Part shown: piece by piece, positions 63,450 to 64,000 of the stretch
How positions within the stretch are numbered: position 1 is the first letter of the stretch
Layout: the number at the start of each line of letters is the position of its first letter
NCBI GenBank assembly: GCA_024679065.1
Contig: JAGIQG010000022.1
Coordinates: forward strand, 39,990,001-40,054,000
Length of the DNA stretch: 64,000 bases
Direction of reading: 5' to 3'
DNA from: Sphyrna mokarran
Lineage: Eukaryota
Notes under the pieces: model-generated
Databases searched by the model: none
The model's input: the letters and a program-made list of their open reading frames with translations, nothing else
What the model was told of the DNA's origin: nothing
Made by a program: the position numbers and the translations under genes

Positions 63450-63695
63450 GGGCAGCACAGTGACACAGTGGTTAGCACTGCTGCCTCACAGTGCCAGGGA
63501 CCTATGTTCAATTCCTGGTCTGTGTGGAGTTTGCACATTCTCCCCGTGTCTGTGTGGGTTTCCTCCAGGTATTCTGGTTTCCTCCACAATTTGAACAGAT
63601 GCCGAAGTGTGATGACTGGGGGATTTTTCACAGTAACTTCATTGCAGTATTAATGTAAGCCTTAATTGTGACTAATAAATTAATTTTAAACTTTA
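63450..63695 (+). mobile_element. HE1-like SINE, alternative tail
   Basis: Head, V-domain and tail present. Confidence 0.85.
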
Positions 63696-64000
63696 AGATA
63701 GGTACAAAAGGTAATTACCTTAAAAATATTACCATCTTGATGAGCATATCTGAGCTTGCATACCATGTCAGATGATACGGGTATGAGAATTTGGGCAGCC
63801 TTTTGCACATTAAGGTCTAGTATTTCCTTTTAAGTGTATTGTAGCTTTCAGTGCAATTTGGCCAATATAAATGGAGCTGGTGCACAAAAACAGTTTCTAT
63901 TCAGCGCAGTTTGGCTTTCTGGCATCTTTTGTGCTAATTTTCAAAATATGGTCCTGGAAGCCCCATCCATTTTATCATTTGTCAATTGTGTAAAATGGGC

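Overview
Eukaryotic, AT-rich, repeat-dominated DNA with no host protein-coding exon I can identify, so probably intronic or intergenic. The repeat content points to a cartilaginous fish, most likely a shark: HE1/V-SINEs, Deu-domain SINEs, CR1, Rex1/Babar, L2, RTE and L1 LINE relics, Penelope elements, Harbinger transposons and Gypsy relics. Most ORFs in the supplied track are decayed transposon frames or their antisense shadows. Highlights: (1) a decayed, rearranged endogenous retrovirus (~11.5-16.9 kb) combining a foamy-type RT signature (LDIANGFW) with an MHR- and zinc-knuckle-bearing Gag, which suggests a lokiretrovirus-like lineage; (2) two Penelope copies in inverted orientation, each with a minimal hammerhead-ribozyme fold, one with an intact core; (3) a young CR1 whose 3' end seems to contain a V-SINE body; (4) an unclassified ~290-bp-arm inverted repeat at 57.1-58.5 kb; (5) several fold-back or templated-insertion junctions. 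Family names come from motif recognition by eye, not database searches, and boundaries are approximate unless stated otherwise.
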